DNA from: Escherichia phage OES_C-1
Sequence record: PQ553088
DNA length: 64,000 nucleotides
Direction: 5' to 3' (one strand)
The notes below the pieces were generated by a model that was not told the DNA's origin, ran no database searches, and saw only the letters and a list, made by a program, of their open reading frames with translations. A program made the position numbers and the translations under genes. Positions 19,876 through 30,593 of the stretch are shown here, piece by piece (the stretch's first letter is position 1; the number at the start of each line of letters is the position of its first letter).

Positions 19876-20121
19876 TTATTCACCAGTTACTTTCCACAAA
19901 TCTTCGTTCGCAGTAATCCATTCAGTACGTTGATTTTCTTCATATACTGTAGAATATGCTGCTTTTTCTGAAGGGAATATCTGATAATGAGCTCCAGAAA
20001 TTTTGTGAACGTCAGAATAAAGAGGGAAAGCTACAGAAATTTCCTTTCCTTCAATTTTCTTATTTCCATCTAATTTCTGCTCAAATGTTTTGATATTAAC
20101 ATAACCGCGAGTACTAGCCAT
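19876..20121 (-). CDS. soc: Soc small outer capsid protein (81 aa)
   Basis: MASTRGYVNIKTFEQKLDGNKKIEGKEISVAFPLYSDVHKISGAHYQ... matches T4 Soc. Confidence 0.9.
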   Translation of the reverse strand: MASTRGYVNIKTFEQKLDGNKKIEGKEISVAFPLYSDVHKISGAHYQIFPSEKAAYSTVYEENQRTEWITANEDLWKVTGE

Positions 20122-20137
20122 GTAATTCTCCTTTTAT

Positions 20138-20347
20138 TTAAATTACATGATTATTTATAATAAATTCTTGCGGAACGTTAAAATACCCAATTTTAGTTAA
20201 TATAACAACATCACCGTTAATAATTACCGGAGAATAATCGGCTGGAGCATTAAACTTCCAATGGGCTCTAATATTATATCCATCAGAACCAAATGCTCGA
20301 CTAGCCGGTCTCCCGGCTTTTTGCCATGCATAAAAATCAAATTTCAT
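20138..20347 (-). CDS. hypothetical protein (69 aa)
   Basis: Track ORF. Confidence 0.45.
   Translation of the reverse strand: MKFDFYAWQKAGRPASRAFGSDGYNIRAHWKFNAPADYSPVIINGDVVILTKIGYFNVPQEFIINNHVI
20152..20159 (-). promoter_or_regulatory. candidate late promoter TATAAATA upstream of soc
   Basis: + strand tatttata is the reverse complement of T4 late consensus TATAAATA, ~30 nt upstream of soc ATG. Confidence 0.4.
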
Positions 20348-20544
20348 TTTGAATGCTCTATAATTAATTTTAAGGCTTCTTCATGCACCTTACCTAATTG
20401 TATATGTCCAGTTTTAATTGTGTAAGCTTTGTGGAGCTGATTAGATAGGAGCTCGTATGTGAGCTCCTTGTCATAATTTTTAAATAGCTGGTCAATACGT
20501 TTCTTGTGGGCTTTCTTAAGTTGACGTTTATTTAAACGAGCCAT
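20344..20544 (-). CDS. hypothetical protein (66 aa)
   Basis: Track ORF. Confidence 0.45.
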   Translation of the reverse strand: MARLNKRQLKKAHKKRIDQLFKNYDKELTYELLSNQLHKAYTIKTGHIQLGKVHEEALKLIIEHSK

Positions 20545-21062
20545 TAATAACCTCGGTCTTGACGAGCGAAGTTTTCAGCATTTTTCAGATAATAAAGTTT
20601 AAAGATTTCTTCAGCCGTAAGACCGAGACCTTGGAACATGTTCAGAACGAAATGAAGAATATCAATCATTTCGAATTTAATTTCCAACTGGTCTTGTGGA
20701 GACAAATCAGTAATCAGAGTTTCACGTCGTTCACCATGTTGAGCTTTCCAAGGCTTCCATACAGCAGATGCATCTTTTTCACCATTGCTCATACCACCAA
20801 GAGAAGTCAATAGTTCGCGGAATTCATCATCAATATAATCTTTCTGATTACGCAGCCAATCAACAACTTCACCCGCAGTAGCCAAATCATCAGGATGACG
20901 GTTATATTCAGGTTTATCTTTAGCTAAACGAACCTGTAGAGATTTCTGCATATCAAGCATAACCTGCAGCGGGTCTTTTTCATCACCGAGAATATCCCAG
21001 TATTCATTTTGAGCTTTATCAGCGCCTTCGATCAGTTGACTACATTCGTTAAAGTAAGCCAT
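20544..21062 (-). CDS. 56: dCTPase/dCTP pyrophosphatase gp56 (MazG-like)
   Basis: MAYFNECSQLIEGADKAQNEYWDILGDEKDPLQVMLDMQ...; start set at internal ATG. Confidence 0.8.
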   Translation of the reverse strand: MAYFNECSQLIEGADKAQNEYWDILGDEKDPLQVMLDMQKSLQVRLAKDKPEYNRHPDDLATAGEVVDWLRNQKDYIDDEFRELLTSLGGMSNGEKDASAVWKPWKAQHGERRETLITDLSPQDQLEIKFEMIDILHFVLNMFQGLGLTAEEIFKLYYLKNAENFARQDRGY

Positions 21063-21122
21063 TATTTTTCCTTTCAATTCATTAATAAGTTAAATAATTA
21101 TATCATTTGAGTATGTAAGCAA

Positions 21123-22462
<1,340 letters not shown>

Positions 22463-22485
22463 TATATTATCCTCAACAGTTTATT

Positions 22486-22519
22486 TTATAATACCACAAC
22501 AAGCTGAGAAAGTAAACAA
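22486..22519 (-). promoter_or_regulatory. T4-type early promoter driving the nuclease-like ORF and dam
   Basis: gtaaac 22512-22517, ataata 22488-22493, 18-nt spacer. Confidence 0.55.
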
Positions 22520-22565
22520 ATTTTGTAAAATTTGCGATAAATATTAATTTAAAGGAGGACGACGC

Positions 22566-22766
22566 ATGGTACAAAAATTAATGGCACTTGTAGATGCCAT
22601 AAAAGGTAATAAAAAACGTATAGCTTTTACTATTTCTGCTATGATAGGAATTTTACTTTGGAATTTTGTTTTATCGCCAGTTGCTATTGCTCACGGTGTT
22701 AGTATTCCAGTAATTACTCTTGATACATTCGTAGATTTAGCATTTGCTTTAGTTGGGTTAATTTAA
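22566..22766 (+). CDS. plus-strand small membrane protein (66 aa, two predicted TM helices)
   Basis: Strong SD AAAGGAGG 7 nt before ATG; no competing minus-strand ORF; convergent with gene 61. Confidence 0.35.
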   Translation: MVQKLMALVDAIKGNKKRIAFTISAMIGILLWNFVLSPVAIAHGVSIPVITLDTFVDLAFALVGLI

Positions 22767-23791
22767 ATCTTAGCATATTTAGATAGCCGCATTTTAGCCA
22801 TCAGCCCTTGGGCAATATTATTTTTCATATATTCCATAATTTGTTCAGGGGTTGCACCTTCCTTTCTAATCATATCATTAACATCTTTTGATTTCCAGGG
22901 AGATTTATCCCAAAACATAACCCTTTCTCCTGCATCAACTAATTTAGTCATTCGTTTAATAGTATCAGGGTGACGAGGTTCATTATCTAAAACCCATACA
23001 CGTCTATCTTTAAATGGAACAATTTCTAGGTCTAATTGACCACCTGTAATAGCTATACCATTTTCAATAAAAAGTGAATCTATAGGTCCTTCTAGAACAT
23101 ATACATCACCATCTTTAACTCGTTCAACTCCATAGATTTTTGTTGCCTCAGGATAAGCTTTGATGGTGATATATTTTTGAGGAGCATCTTTCTTTAATGC
23201 ACGTCCTTGAAAAGACTCAGCTTTTCCGTTAGCATTATAAATTGGAATAACAAGACGAGGCTCAGGTGTTTCCTTTTTATATGTTCCTGGAGCTATACTA
23301 TTAACTAATTTAGGCCATTCAGTTGTAAACCAAAGATATTTCCATTTATCCTTTGGAATACAACGAGCTTTTACATATTTTATAATTGGATGGTCTTCCG
23401 CCAATTTATCTAATCTGATGCATGACGGAAGAGATTTAATTATTTTCTTCTCGGGTTGTTTAGGAAGTTCTTTAGGTTTTTCTACTGGACGACTTTTACC
23501 TTTTTCTTTTCTTATTTCAAAGATATACTCACGATATAAATCAGGTTCAAACTCCTTTAAATATATTCCGATTGGTGCATGATAGTTACAGTTATAACAA
23601 TGAATATTTCCTTCATTATTATCACCGTAATACCATCCACGGGCTTTATTTTGGTCGGTTTTTGAATCTCCACAAACAGGGCATCTAAACCGTAATTTAA
23701 AAGTTGAACTATTATTTACTTGTGTGAATTTAGGTAAATGAGCTAGCGCACGATATGCAAACTCATTATCAATCCAAGGTATTGATGACAT
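22763..23791 (-). CDS. 61: DNA primase gp61 (342 aa)
   Basis: Zinc ribbon CPVCGDS...CYNC plus Toprim region; MSSIPWIDNEFAYRALAHLPKF... Confidence 0.9.
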   Translation of the reverse strand: MSSIPWIDNEFAYRALAHLPKFTQVNNSSTFKLRFRCPVCGDSKTDQNKARGWYYGDNNEGNIHCYNCNYHAPIGIYLKEFEPDLYREYIFEIRKEKGKSRPVEKPKELPKQPEKKIIKSLPSCIRLDKLAEDHPIIKYVKARCIPKDKWKYLWFTTEWPKLVNSIAPGTYKKETPEPRLVIPIYNANGKAESFQGRALKKDAPQKYITIKAYPEATKIYGVERVKDGDVYVLEGPIDSLFIENGIAITGGQLDLEIVPFKDRRVWVLDNEPRHPDTIKRMTKLVDAGERVMFWDKSPWKSKDVNDMIRKEGATPEQIMEYMKNNIAQGLMAKMRLSKYAKI

Positions 23792-23793
23792 TT

Positions 23794-23958
23794 TTACTCT
23801 TCTTTTTCTTTAGATTCCTCTTTTTTCTTTTTAGGAATCTGTTCAGGACCTTTATTTACTACAGCGCCTGACGTTGTTCCAGTAGAGATATTTTCAGGAT
23901 TACCGCCTGAATCTCCAGCGACCATATCTTCTTTGATAAATTCTTTATATGTTTTCAT
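23794..23958 (-). CDS. small lysine-rich protein (~54 aa)
   Basis: Hand translation MKTYKEFIKEDMVAGDSGGNPEN...KKKKEESKEKEE. Confidence 0.3.
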   Translation of the reverse strand: MKTYKEFIKEDMVAGDSGGNPENISTGTTSGAVVNKGPEQIPKKKKEESKEKEE

Positions 23959-23959
23959 A

Positions 23960-24316
23960 TTAACCTCTATTCATAAAAGCATTAAAAATTTGGTCATCAA
24001 TTGATGGAATAGCAACCCTTTCTGCGTCATTTAGCAAATCATTAATTTCATCAGATAGCATAACACATGTACCTTTATTTCCTGTAATTGTTACTGCACA
24101 ATTACGAACATTTTCTTTATCGAATTTTAGGTTAATATTTTCGTAGTGAAAATCCTTTAATGCCGAATATATTTTTAAAATGAAATTGTCTTTTACTACA
24201 ATAAACCCAACCTCGCTATTAAAACGTGGTTCATGGAAACTGTAATAAACCTTTTCATCTATGAAATCGTATGAAATTTTTTCCATTTTTAAATATGAAA
24301 ATTCAGAACTATACAT
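23960..24316 (-). CDS. hypothetical protein (118 aa)
   Basis: Track ORF. Confidence 0.5.
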   Translation of the reverse strand: MYSSEFSYLKMEKISYDFIDEKVYYSFHEPRFNSEVGFIVVKDNFILKIYSALKDFHYENINLKFDKENVRNCAVTITGNKGTCVMLSDEINDLLNDAERVAIPSIDDQIFNAFMNRG

Positions 24317-24328
24317 ACTAACCTCTAA

Positions 24329-24622
24329 TTACTCACCTACCACTTCAGCGATGATATTTTTATTATTGAAGTTTTTATCACAATACAGAACGTAATTATA
24401 CTGCATTACACCACCAGACTTAAGCTGTTTTTGTACTTCAGCTTTCATTTCAGGACGATCACGCTCAACGATATTCATAATATCTGCTTCAATCTGAGTT
24501 TCAACCTCAGTTTGATCTGCAGTCATAGACCATTCGCACAAATCTTTATCATAACCTGCCATAGCAGGCTGAGCAGCACAAGAAGCTAAAGCAAAAATTG
24601 TAGCAAAAACAAATTTTTTCAT
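24329..24622 (-). CDS. sp: Spackle-like periplasmic protein (97 aa, signal peptide)
   Basis: MKKFVFATIFALASCAAQPAMA signal peptide; size and position between 61 and 41 as T4 sp. Confidence 0.65.
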   Translation of the reverse strand: MKKFVFATIFALASCAAQPAMAGYDKDLCEWSMTADQTEVETQIEADIMNIVERDRPEMKAEVQKQLKSGGVMQYNYVLYCDKNFNNKNIIAEVVGE

Positions 24623-24650
24623 GATAATCTCCTCAGTAGTTTATGTTTAT

Positions 24651-24680
24651 ATAGTATCTCAATTTCCAACAAAAGTAAAC
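24651..24680 (-). promoter_or_regulatory. T4-type early promoter
   Basis: gtaaac 24675-24680, atagta 24651-24656. Confidence 0.55.
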
Positions 24681-24682
24681 AG

Positions 24683-24985
24683 TTATTTTAAAACTTCTGC
24701 ATAATCACATGTTACAAACTGTTTCTCTAACTTGACGATTTTACGAAAGTATCTTTTGCATTGACGAATCTGTCGCTTCGTAGGGCGCACAGCAAACTTA
24801 ATAAATTCCACTCGACCAAATGGAGGACTTTCTTCTGCTGGAATATCTAACACCAATTCCCACGTATCCGCAATAAGTGCTTTGAATTGTGTATTTTTCC
24901 TGATGTTATACGGAGTAGGTTTAAATAAAACCGTATGCATATTACCCTCGCCAATCAGATTCAAAAACTTTTTTATCATTAACAA
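24683..24985 (-). CDS. hypothetical protein (100 aa)
   Basis: Track ORF. Confidence 0.5.
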   Translation of the reverse strand: MLMIKKFLNLIGEGNMHTVLFKPTPYNIRKNTQFKALIADTWELVLDIPAEESPPFGRVEFIKFAVRPTKRQIRQCKRYFRKIVKLEKQFVTCDYAEVLK

Positions 24986-25133
24986 ATGCTTTAACTAAAG
25001 CTTTATTAACTTCAGCAAGTTGTGAAGTGACCCATAGAATTTGATCTTTATCAGACACATCCATAGTGATTTCTTTGGTAAACATATTACCATTTTCAAA
25101 CCAGCCAATAAAAACAATCTTTGCTAATTCCAT
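24942..25133 (-). CDS. small protein in dmd position (63 aa); possible Dmd antitoxin homolog
   Basis: Immediately downstream of gene 41 as T4 dmd (61.5); identity not verified. Confidence 0.45.
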   Translation of the reverse strand: MELAKIVFIGWFENGNMFTKEITMDVSDKDQILWVTSQLAEVNKALVKAFVNDKKVFESDWRG

Positions 25134-25162
25134 AACAATCTCCCCATTTAACCAACAAGACT

Positions 25163-25192
25163 ACTATACCATAGTCTTGTCAGCTTGTAAAC
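25163..25192 (-). promoter_or_regulatory. T4-type early promoter
   Basis: gtaaac 25187-25192, actata 25163-25168. Confidence 0.55.
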
Positions 25193-26619
25193 TAAAATTT
25201 TAATTCATTTGCTAAAGCATCTAACTGAGCTCGAGTGGATTCGTTTCTTTGATAGCGGTTCTGTTCAGCCTGAATCTGCTGTGAACCTGCTACTTCGTTC
25301 ACTTCAGTTGGAGTAGAATCTTGTTCAATTTCTACCCATTTCTGATTTCCTTTTTGAACACCCATCAAAAACTTATTCCATTTATTCTTATCACCATATC
25401 GTGATTTGATTTGCTTAATGAGTTGCTGTTCAGCAGCTGCTAACTCTTCAGTTTCAATGACCGCAAGCATAAAATCGGCTGTTGCTGGAAGACCGGCAGA
25501 TTCTGCAATATCGCTCATGTTAACATCAGAAGAATCCCAAGCTTGTTTACCAACCTGTGCTGCAGTCCAAAGAACAGTTTCGGTTTCAACAGCCAGAGCA
25601 CGCAATTCCTCTGCGATAGCTTTAACAGTTGTGTAACTATTTTCTGAGTAAACTCTGATGCGGCAAGATTTACAAATACCTAGATAGTCGACAATAATGA
25701 TCGTTGGAACAAAATTCTTCTTGAGCTTCAATTCGTTCAAAAGAGAACGAAATGTATTAGCGTCTGCTCCACCAGTAGGATACTGTTTAACGATTAAACG
25801 GCCGAGAGTAGATTTCTCACGCCATTTTTCCATTTTTCCTTTATACTCAGCGTAAGAAATATGCCCGTCATCAATGTCATCAAGAGAAACATCGAGCATA
25901 TTAGCGTCAATACGTTTAGCACAGACTTCTTCTGCCATTTCCATGGAAATGTAAAGAACATTATGACCGAGCTGCAAATAATCTGCTGCCAATGAACACA
26001 GACCTAATGACTTACCGACGTTAACACCAGCCATTAAAACGTTCAGTGTTCCAGTCTCAGCTCCGCCTTTAGTAATTTTATTTAGAATTTTGAGTTTAAA
26101 TGGAACCTTACGAGCTTTATTCATATAAGATAGCCAACGTGCTTCGTAGTCATCCATCCAATCATGGCCAACATAGCTATCAAATGAAATTGATAATGCT
26201 TGGCGCATGATGTCAGGAATAGCACCAACATCCGGCATTTTCTTATTTCGTTTTTCCGGAGGAAGCTCAGCATTAGTTTGAATTTCAATTATTTTAGATG
26301 TGGCGTTAAACATCGCCCTTTGCTGAACATATTTTTCTGTTTCTTTTACTAACCAGCTGTGGTCTTCTGGAGAATCGGCTAGTTTAGAAATAAGTGTTTT
26401 TACACCAGAATATTCTGTTTCAGTAAATGAACTATTTTCTAATGCAACATTTAATGCATTAATAGATGGAACGCTATGGTACTCATTAACATGAGATTTA
26501 ATTAATTTGAATGTATTTTTAGCTGGACCACTTTCAAAATATTCTGAATCCATATATGGCCAAACTTTTGAAAAATAAGCTTGATCAAATATGAGATGAG
26601 AAAGAATAATTTCTACCAC
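25192..26619 (-). CDS. 41: replicative DNA helicase gp41 (DnaB-like), 475 aa
   Basis: Walker A GVNVGKS, RecA-like core; MVEIILSHLIFDQAYFSKVWPYMDSEYF... Confidence 0.9.
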   Translation of the reverse strand: MVEIILSHLIFDQAYFSKVWPYMDSEYFESGPAKNTFKLIKSHVNEYHSVPSINALNVALENSSFTETEYSGVKTLISKLADSPEDHSWLVKETEKYVQQRAMFNATSKIIEIQTNAELPPEKRNKKMPDVGAIPDIMRQALSISFDSYVGHDWMDDYEARWLSYMNKARKVPFKLKILNKITKGGAETGTLNVLMAGVNVGKSLGLCSLAADYLQLGHNVLYISMEMAEEVCAKRIDANMLDVSLDDIDDGHISYAEYKGKMEKWREKSTLGRLIVKQYPTGGADANTFRSLLNELKLKKNFVPTIIIVDYLGICKSCRIRVYSENSYTTVKAIAEELRALAVETETVLWTAAQVGKQAWDSSDVNMSDIAESAGLPATADFMLAVIETEELAAAEQQLIKQIKSRYGDKNKWNKFLMGVQKGNQKWVEIEQDSTPTEVNEVAGSQQIQAEQNRYQRNESTRAQLDALANELKF

Positions 26620-26628
26620 ACTTACTCC

Positions 26629-26991
26629 TTAAAAGAATTTAAATTTTTTCTTTGACCTTTTATTAAATGCATCTTGTAGTTGCATTGTAATACATTTTTC
26701 TACATGAGGAGCTAACTCAGCTTTTCTTTCTTGGTCAAGAACAGCAAAGTCCATTACGACTTTTCCATCAACCCAATCTAATTTTGTCACATACACAATG
26801 TGTGTAGAACCATCTTCTAGTTTAATGACAATCTCCTGGATAACATTTTCCATGGCAGATTTAATTATCTTAAGAGATTCATTAAAAAGACGTTCTTTTC
26901 TTTCTTCTTCCCCCTCCGAAGAGGGGGATTCGTCGATAATTTCTAGATCTAAATCTAAATCATCTTTATTCATTAAATTCTTCCATATCAC
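26629..26991 (-). CDS. 40: gp40-position protein (120 aa)
   Basis: Position between 41 and uvsX. Confidence 0.55.
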   Translation of the reverse strand: MIWKNLMNKDDLDLDLEIIDESPSSEGEEERKERLFNESLKIIKSAMENVIQEIVIKLEDGSTHIVYVTKLDWVDGKVVMDFAVLDQERKAELAPHVEKCITMQLQDAFNKRSKKKFKFF

Positions 26992-28147
26992 TTAACTTAT
27001 CTAGGTCAGTTTCTAAATCAGCTGCTGATTTACTTTTACTTTCTGGAGATTTAAATTTTTCAACCTTTGAGTTAATTAATTCATCAACTTCAGCTTCAAC
27101 AATTTCATTACTATCAATAGCACCTAATTGATAAGCACGTTTAATAGCATCTCGGAATGGTTGATGCTTAAATAAAGGACCCCAGAATGTAGTGCAATTG
27201 GTATCTTTTGCACGCCAAGATTTTTCTTCGCGAATCATCTCGCCAGTTTCTTCGTCAAGAAATTCACGAGCATACCAGCCATTTTTAGGTTTTACTACAA
27301 ATCCTAATTCAAGAGCCATATCTAACAATCCAGAATAAGGATCGATACCACCGTCAAATTTAACATCAATAAAGAATTTACTTTTTTCTTTGACGGTGCG
27401 AGATTTTTCTACATTTAGAACAAATTGATACCCCTGAAGATCAGAACCATCTTTAATCTGACGCTTACCGATAATGAATACAGTATCAGCCGAATACATT
27501 ACGCCTGTACCACCTGTCATCACGGTTTTACTAAACATTTCAATTGTTTCAATTGTATGGTTAACCGCAACGCATGGAATGTTTTTAATACTAAAATAAG
27601 GAGTAACAATACGGAATAATGACTTCAGTGATTTAGCACGAGTCATATCTGCCACAGATTTTTCATTCAAGGCATCTTCCGTTTCTTTCTTAGAAGCCAT
27701 ATTACCGATTGAGTCGATGAATACAATAACTTTTTCACCGCGCTCAATAGCTTCAAGCTGATTCACCATATCAATTTTCAGTTGTTCAACTGACTGAATT
27801 GGCGTATGAATTACTCGTTCCGGGTCAACTCCCATGGATCGCAAATAAGCTGGAGTAATACCAAATTCGCTATCATAGAATAAACAAACTGCGTCAGGAT
27901 ATTTGTTCAAATACGCCGCAACCATAGTCAAAGACATATTTGATTTAAAGTGTTTAGAAGGACCTGCGAAAATAGTTAAACCGGACTGCATTCCACCATC
28001 AATCGCACCGGAAATAGCGATATTAAGCATTGGAATTTTTGTACGGATTACATCCTTTTCATTAAAGAATTTAGATGTAGTCAGTTCAGCAGTCATTTTA
28101 GAAGTGGAAGCTTTAATCAAACGGGATTTTAAATCTGCAATAGACAT
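26966..28147 (-). CDS. uvsX: UvsX recombinase (RecA-like), 393 aa
   Basis: MSIADLKSRLIKASTSKMTAELTTSKFFNEKDVIRTKIPMLNIAISG... Confidence 0.9.
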   Translation of the reverse strand: MSIADLKSRLIKASTSKMTAELTTSKFFNEKDVIRTKIPMLNIAISGAIDGGMQSGLTIFAGPSKHFKSNMSLTMVAAYLNKYPDAVCLFYDSEFGITPAYLRSMGVDPERVIHTPIQSVEQLKIDMVNQLEAIERGEKVIVFIDSIGNMASKKETEDALNEKSVADMTRAKSLKSLFRIVTPYFSIKNIPCVAVNHTIETIEMFSKTVMTGGTGVMYSADTVFIIGKRQIKDGSDLQGYQFVLNVEKSRTVKEKSKFFIDVKFDGGIDPYSGLLDMALELGFVVKPKNGWYAREFLDEETGEMIREEKSWRAKDTNCTTFWGPLFKHQPFRDAIKRAYQLGAIDSNEIVEAEVDELINSKVEKFKSPESKSKSAADLETDLDKLSDMEEFNE

Positions 28148-28224
28148 TCATTTTTTCCATAGGCATCATTATATTTTCCTCACCGGTTAAAGATAGGGTA
28201 ATTATAACACAATAAATTTAGGCA

Positions 28225-29067
28225 TTAATCAACTGCTATTGGATGAATAGCATTAAACTTATGAAACGCTTCTGATTTTTCTTTGCGCGAAACACACATG
28301 CGAAGAACCTTTAATGGCTCGTCTTCTTCACCCAACGATTTTCGTTTTTCAATATTAGAAGTTTTCCAACGAGCTTGCTCTGGAAATTCTCTATTGATTT
28401 GCTCAAGCGCTCTATTATGTTTAGAATTACTACGAATTGAACTACACCCGCCAGGAGCTTGTGATTTTCCAGATACAACCAAATATTTGAACAAGGCCAA
28501 ATGCGGATAACCTTGATTAATTAAATTGAGAAATGCATACATATCTTCGCATAAATCAATTTTTCCATACCCAATTTGTTCTGTCGTAAGTTTTCCAAGG
28601 TCATACCAGGTATTCGTGAATCCATATGAATTTTCACGATAATTACCCCAAGATGAAGTAATTTTAAAAATTGGTAGACGAGCATGACCGTGATAATACC
28701 CGCAATCCATTGCATCCTCAACGTATTGAATTAATTCATAGAATTGCTCACGAGTCAATTGATTGACTTTATCTACACGCCGTTTATCGTCTCTCTTTCG
28801 TATTGAACTCATACGAATAGTAGTATCATCATCGATCATCCAAATTCGTTGACCTGCATACATATCAGTAATTGCTTTACGAGTTCCAGCAATTCCATTG
28901 ACATCATCAGGAATAGTTATAATTTTAGCTCTAGACCCGTAAGCGTCATGATAAGCTTTTTCTTCATGTTCACGTACTACAATATGTGGTTCATAATCAG
29001 ATGGAAACATATCAAGGGCAGAAACTGCCCTTACGCGTTGATAGCTTGGAATTACGAATTGAATCAT
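28225..29067 (-). CDS. GT-A fold glycosyltransferase (DxD motif), 280 aa; candidate DNA hydroxymethylcytosine sugar transferase in the beta-gt slot
   Basis: N-terminal FVIPSYQR and WMIDDDTTI motifs; located between uvsX and 42. Confidence 0.55.
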   Translation of the reverse strand: MIQFVIPSYQRVRAVSALDMFPSDYEPHIVVREHEEKAYHDAYGSRAKIITIPDDVNGIAGTRKAITDMYAGQRIWMIDDDTTIRMSSIRKRDDKRRVDKVNQLTREQFYELIQYVEDAMDCGYYHGHARLPIFKITSSWGNYRENSYGFTNTWYDLGKLTTEQIGYGKIDLCEDMYAFLNLINQGYPHLALFKYLVVSGKSQAPGGCSSIRSNSKHNRALEQINREFPEQARWKTSNIEKRKSLGEEDEPLKVLRMCVSRKEKSEAFHKFNAIHPIAVD

Positions 29068-29705
29068 TTAAGTGCCTTACATTTGTCAAAATGGTATCTT
29101 GTCATATTTGGCCCACGTCCTTTTAGTCCGCAATGCGGACATATTTTTTCTATCAAATTATGAGGTTTTCCTTTACGATTTTTAGACATCGTTTCTTTAA
29201 TTATTTTAGCTTTTTCTGCGCCAAAAATTTCTTCATAAGTTTTACCAGAATTTTCCTTTGCTCGATTTATAATTCCATATGCCTGTTCATTTTTACCATA
29301 CATTGGATTACCTTCGCCTTTCATTCTTTTAGAATGATCAGGACGCTTGATTCCACGAAAGGCATTTCCACATTTATATCTTTCTTCTGGAGATAGTTTC
29401 TTACCGTACATTCCATTTAATTTACCTGGAAAACTTCCTCCCCACGCTTCATTCTTTAAATTATATGAATCCGGGCAATTGGCAGCATCTAAACAAGTTA
29501 AAATAATTTCTTCAACTTGTCTAAACATCGGTCCTTCATATAATATTTCTTTATTAAAGGATTTTATTCCATATTTCTTTTTAGCATGTTGCCAAACTAC
29601 ACCCGAACCATCATAATTCGGGTTGTGACCATCGTGACTTCCTATATACCACTTTTTAGTTTTAGGATGTTTATACTTATAAACATGTGGCACATTTACT
29701 TCCAT
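29064..29705 (-). CDS. free-standing GIY-YIG homing endonuclease (Seg-like), 213 aa
   Basis: HVYKYKHP...KKWYIGS GIY-YIG core; repeated G-x-x-H-S/NPMYGK NUMOD-like motifs; overlaps both neighbours. Confidence 0.65.
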   Translation of the reverse strand: MEVNVPHVYKYKHPKTKKWYIGSHDGHNPNYDGSGVVWQHAKKKYGIKSFNKEILYEGPMFRQVEEIILTCLDAANCPDSYNLKNEAWGGSFPGKLNGMYGKKLSPEERYKCGNAFRGIKRPDHSKRMKGEGNPMYGKNEQAYGIINRAKENSGKTYEEIFGAEKAKIIKETMSKNRKGKPHNLIEKICPHCGLKGRGPNMTRYHFDKCKALK

Positions 29706-30436
29706 TTTCCAGTATAATCCTTTTTAGCAATATGAGTTTCACCGGTGTTCCACCAATGGTCAACTAAATAAAACTGATTTTCGTAAACATGAAGACTTCC
29801 AACGTTCCATATAATAGAACCTGCTTTATATTGCCGCGATGGGTCGCCTGCATTCAAATCAGATACTAATTTATCTAGTACGTATTTTTGCCATGCATAA
29901 TCATTACGATAGCCTGCCCAGCAATCATTACTTCTCATGTTAACCACTGCATTGACTTTCTTATCACGAATCAGGTACTGTACTGTATTCGTACACATGA
30001 AATCTGACATACCATCTTTGTTGTAGTCAAACTGCATGGATGGACGAGTATAAATCATGATACCACGTCGAGAATCAGGATTTTGACCAAGTTCAGCTAA
30101 ACACATGTCATACTGAGCATAGTTATCTTCTGACCAGATGGCCCAACCATAATTCGAGTTAATTTCGCCTTTAGAAGATGCTACCTGCTGCCAAATCTTT
30201 GGTGTTTCACCTGGAATATCTTTAACAAACAAGCTCTTAGATTTATACCATTTAAGTTCACGCTGAATGTATTCATCATTAAGAGCGCCAAAAATAAATG
30301 GTTCATCTGCTACAAATGATGCGCCAATAATTTCAATAGTTTTAACACCAGTTTTATCAACTACGAAATCTTTTTCCTTTAATGCAGTTCCCAAATAAAA
30401 ACGGATTTCTTCAACTGTCATAGAGTCACTAATCAT
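29696..30436 (-). CDS. 42: dCMP hydroxymethylase gp42 (246 aa)
   Basis: MISDSMTVEEIRFYLGTALKEKDFVVDKTGVKTIEIIGASFVADEPFIFG... near-identical to T4 gp42. Confidence 0.95.
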   Translation of the reverse strand: MISDSMTVEEIRFYLGTALKEKDFVVDKTGVKTIEIIGASFVADEPFIFGALNDEYIQRELKWYKSKSLFVKDIPGETPKIWQQVASSKGEINSNYGWAIWSEDNYAQYDMCLAELGQNPDSRRGIMIYTRPSMQFDYNKDGMSDFMCTNTVQYLIRDKKVNAVVNMRSNDCWAGYRNDYAWQKYVLDKLVSDLNAGDPSRQYKAGSIIWNVGSLHVYENQFYLVDHWWNTGETHIAKKDYTGKWK

Positions 30437-30443
30437 TTAAACC

Positions 30444-30593
30444 TCAATTGATACATTCATATTTAACTTGTAACAGTAATAAACCCCAACCTAAAATAAT
30501 AGTTGGAATCATAAGAGGAACCGTTACACTATAGTATATACTTATTATAATCATCAAGATTAAAAGCAATGCTGTTATAATTTTGCTTTTCAT
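30444..30593 (-). CDS. small membrane peptide (~49 aa)
   Basis: Hand translation MKSKIITALLLILMIIISIYYS...; ATG overlaps imm stop. Confidence 0.35.
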   Translation of the reverse strand: MKSKIITALLLILMIIISIYYSVTVPLMIPTIILGWGLLLLQVKYECIN

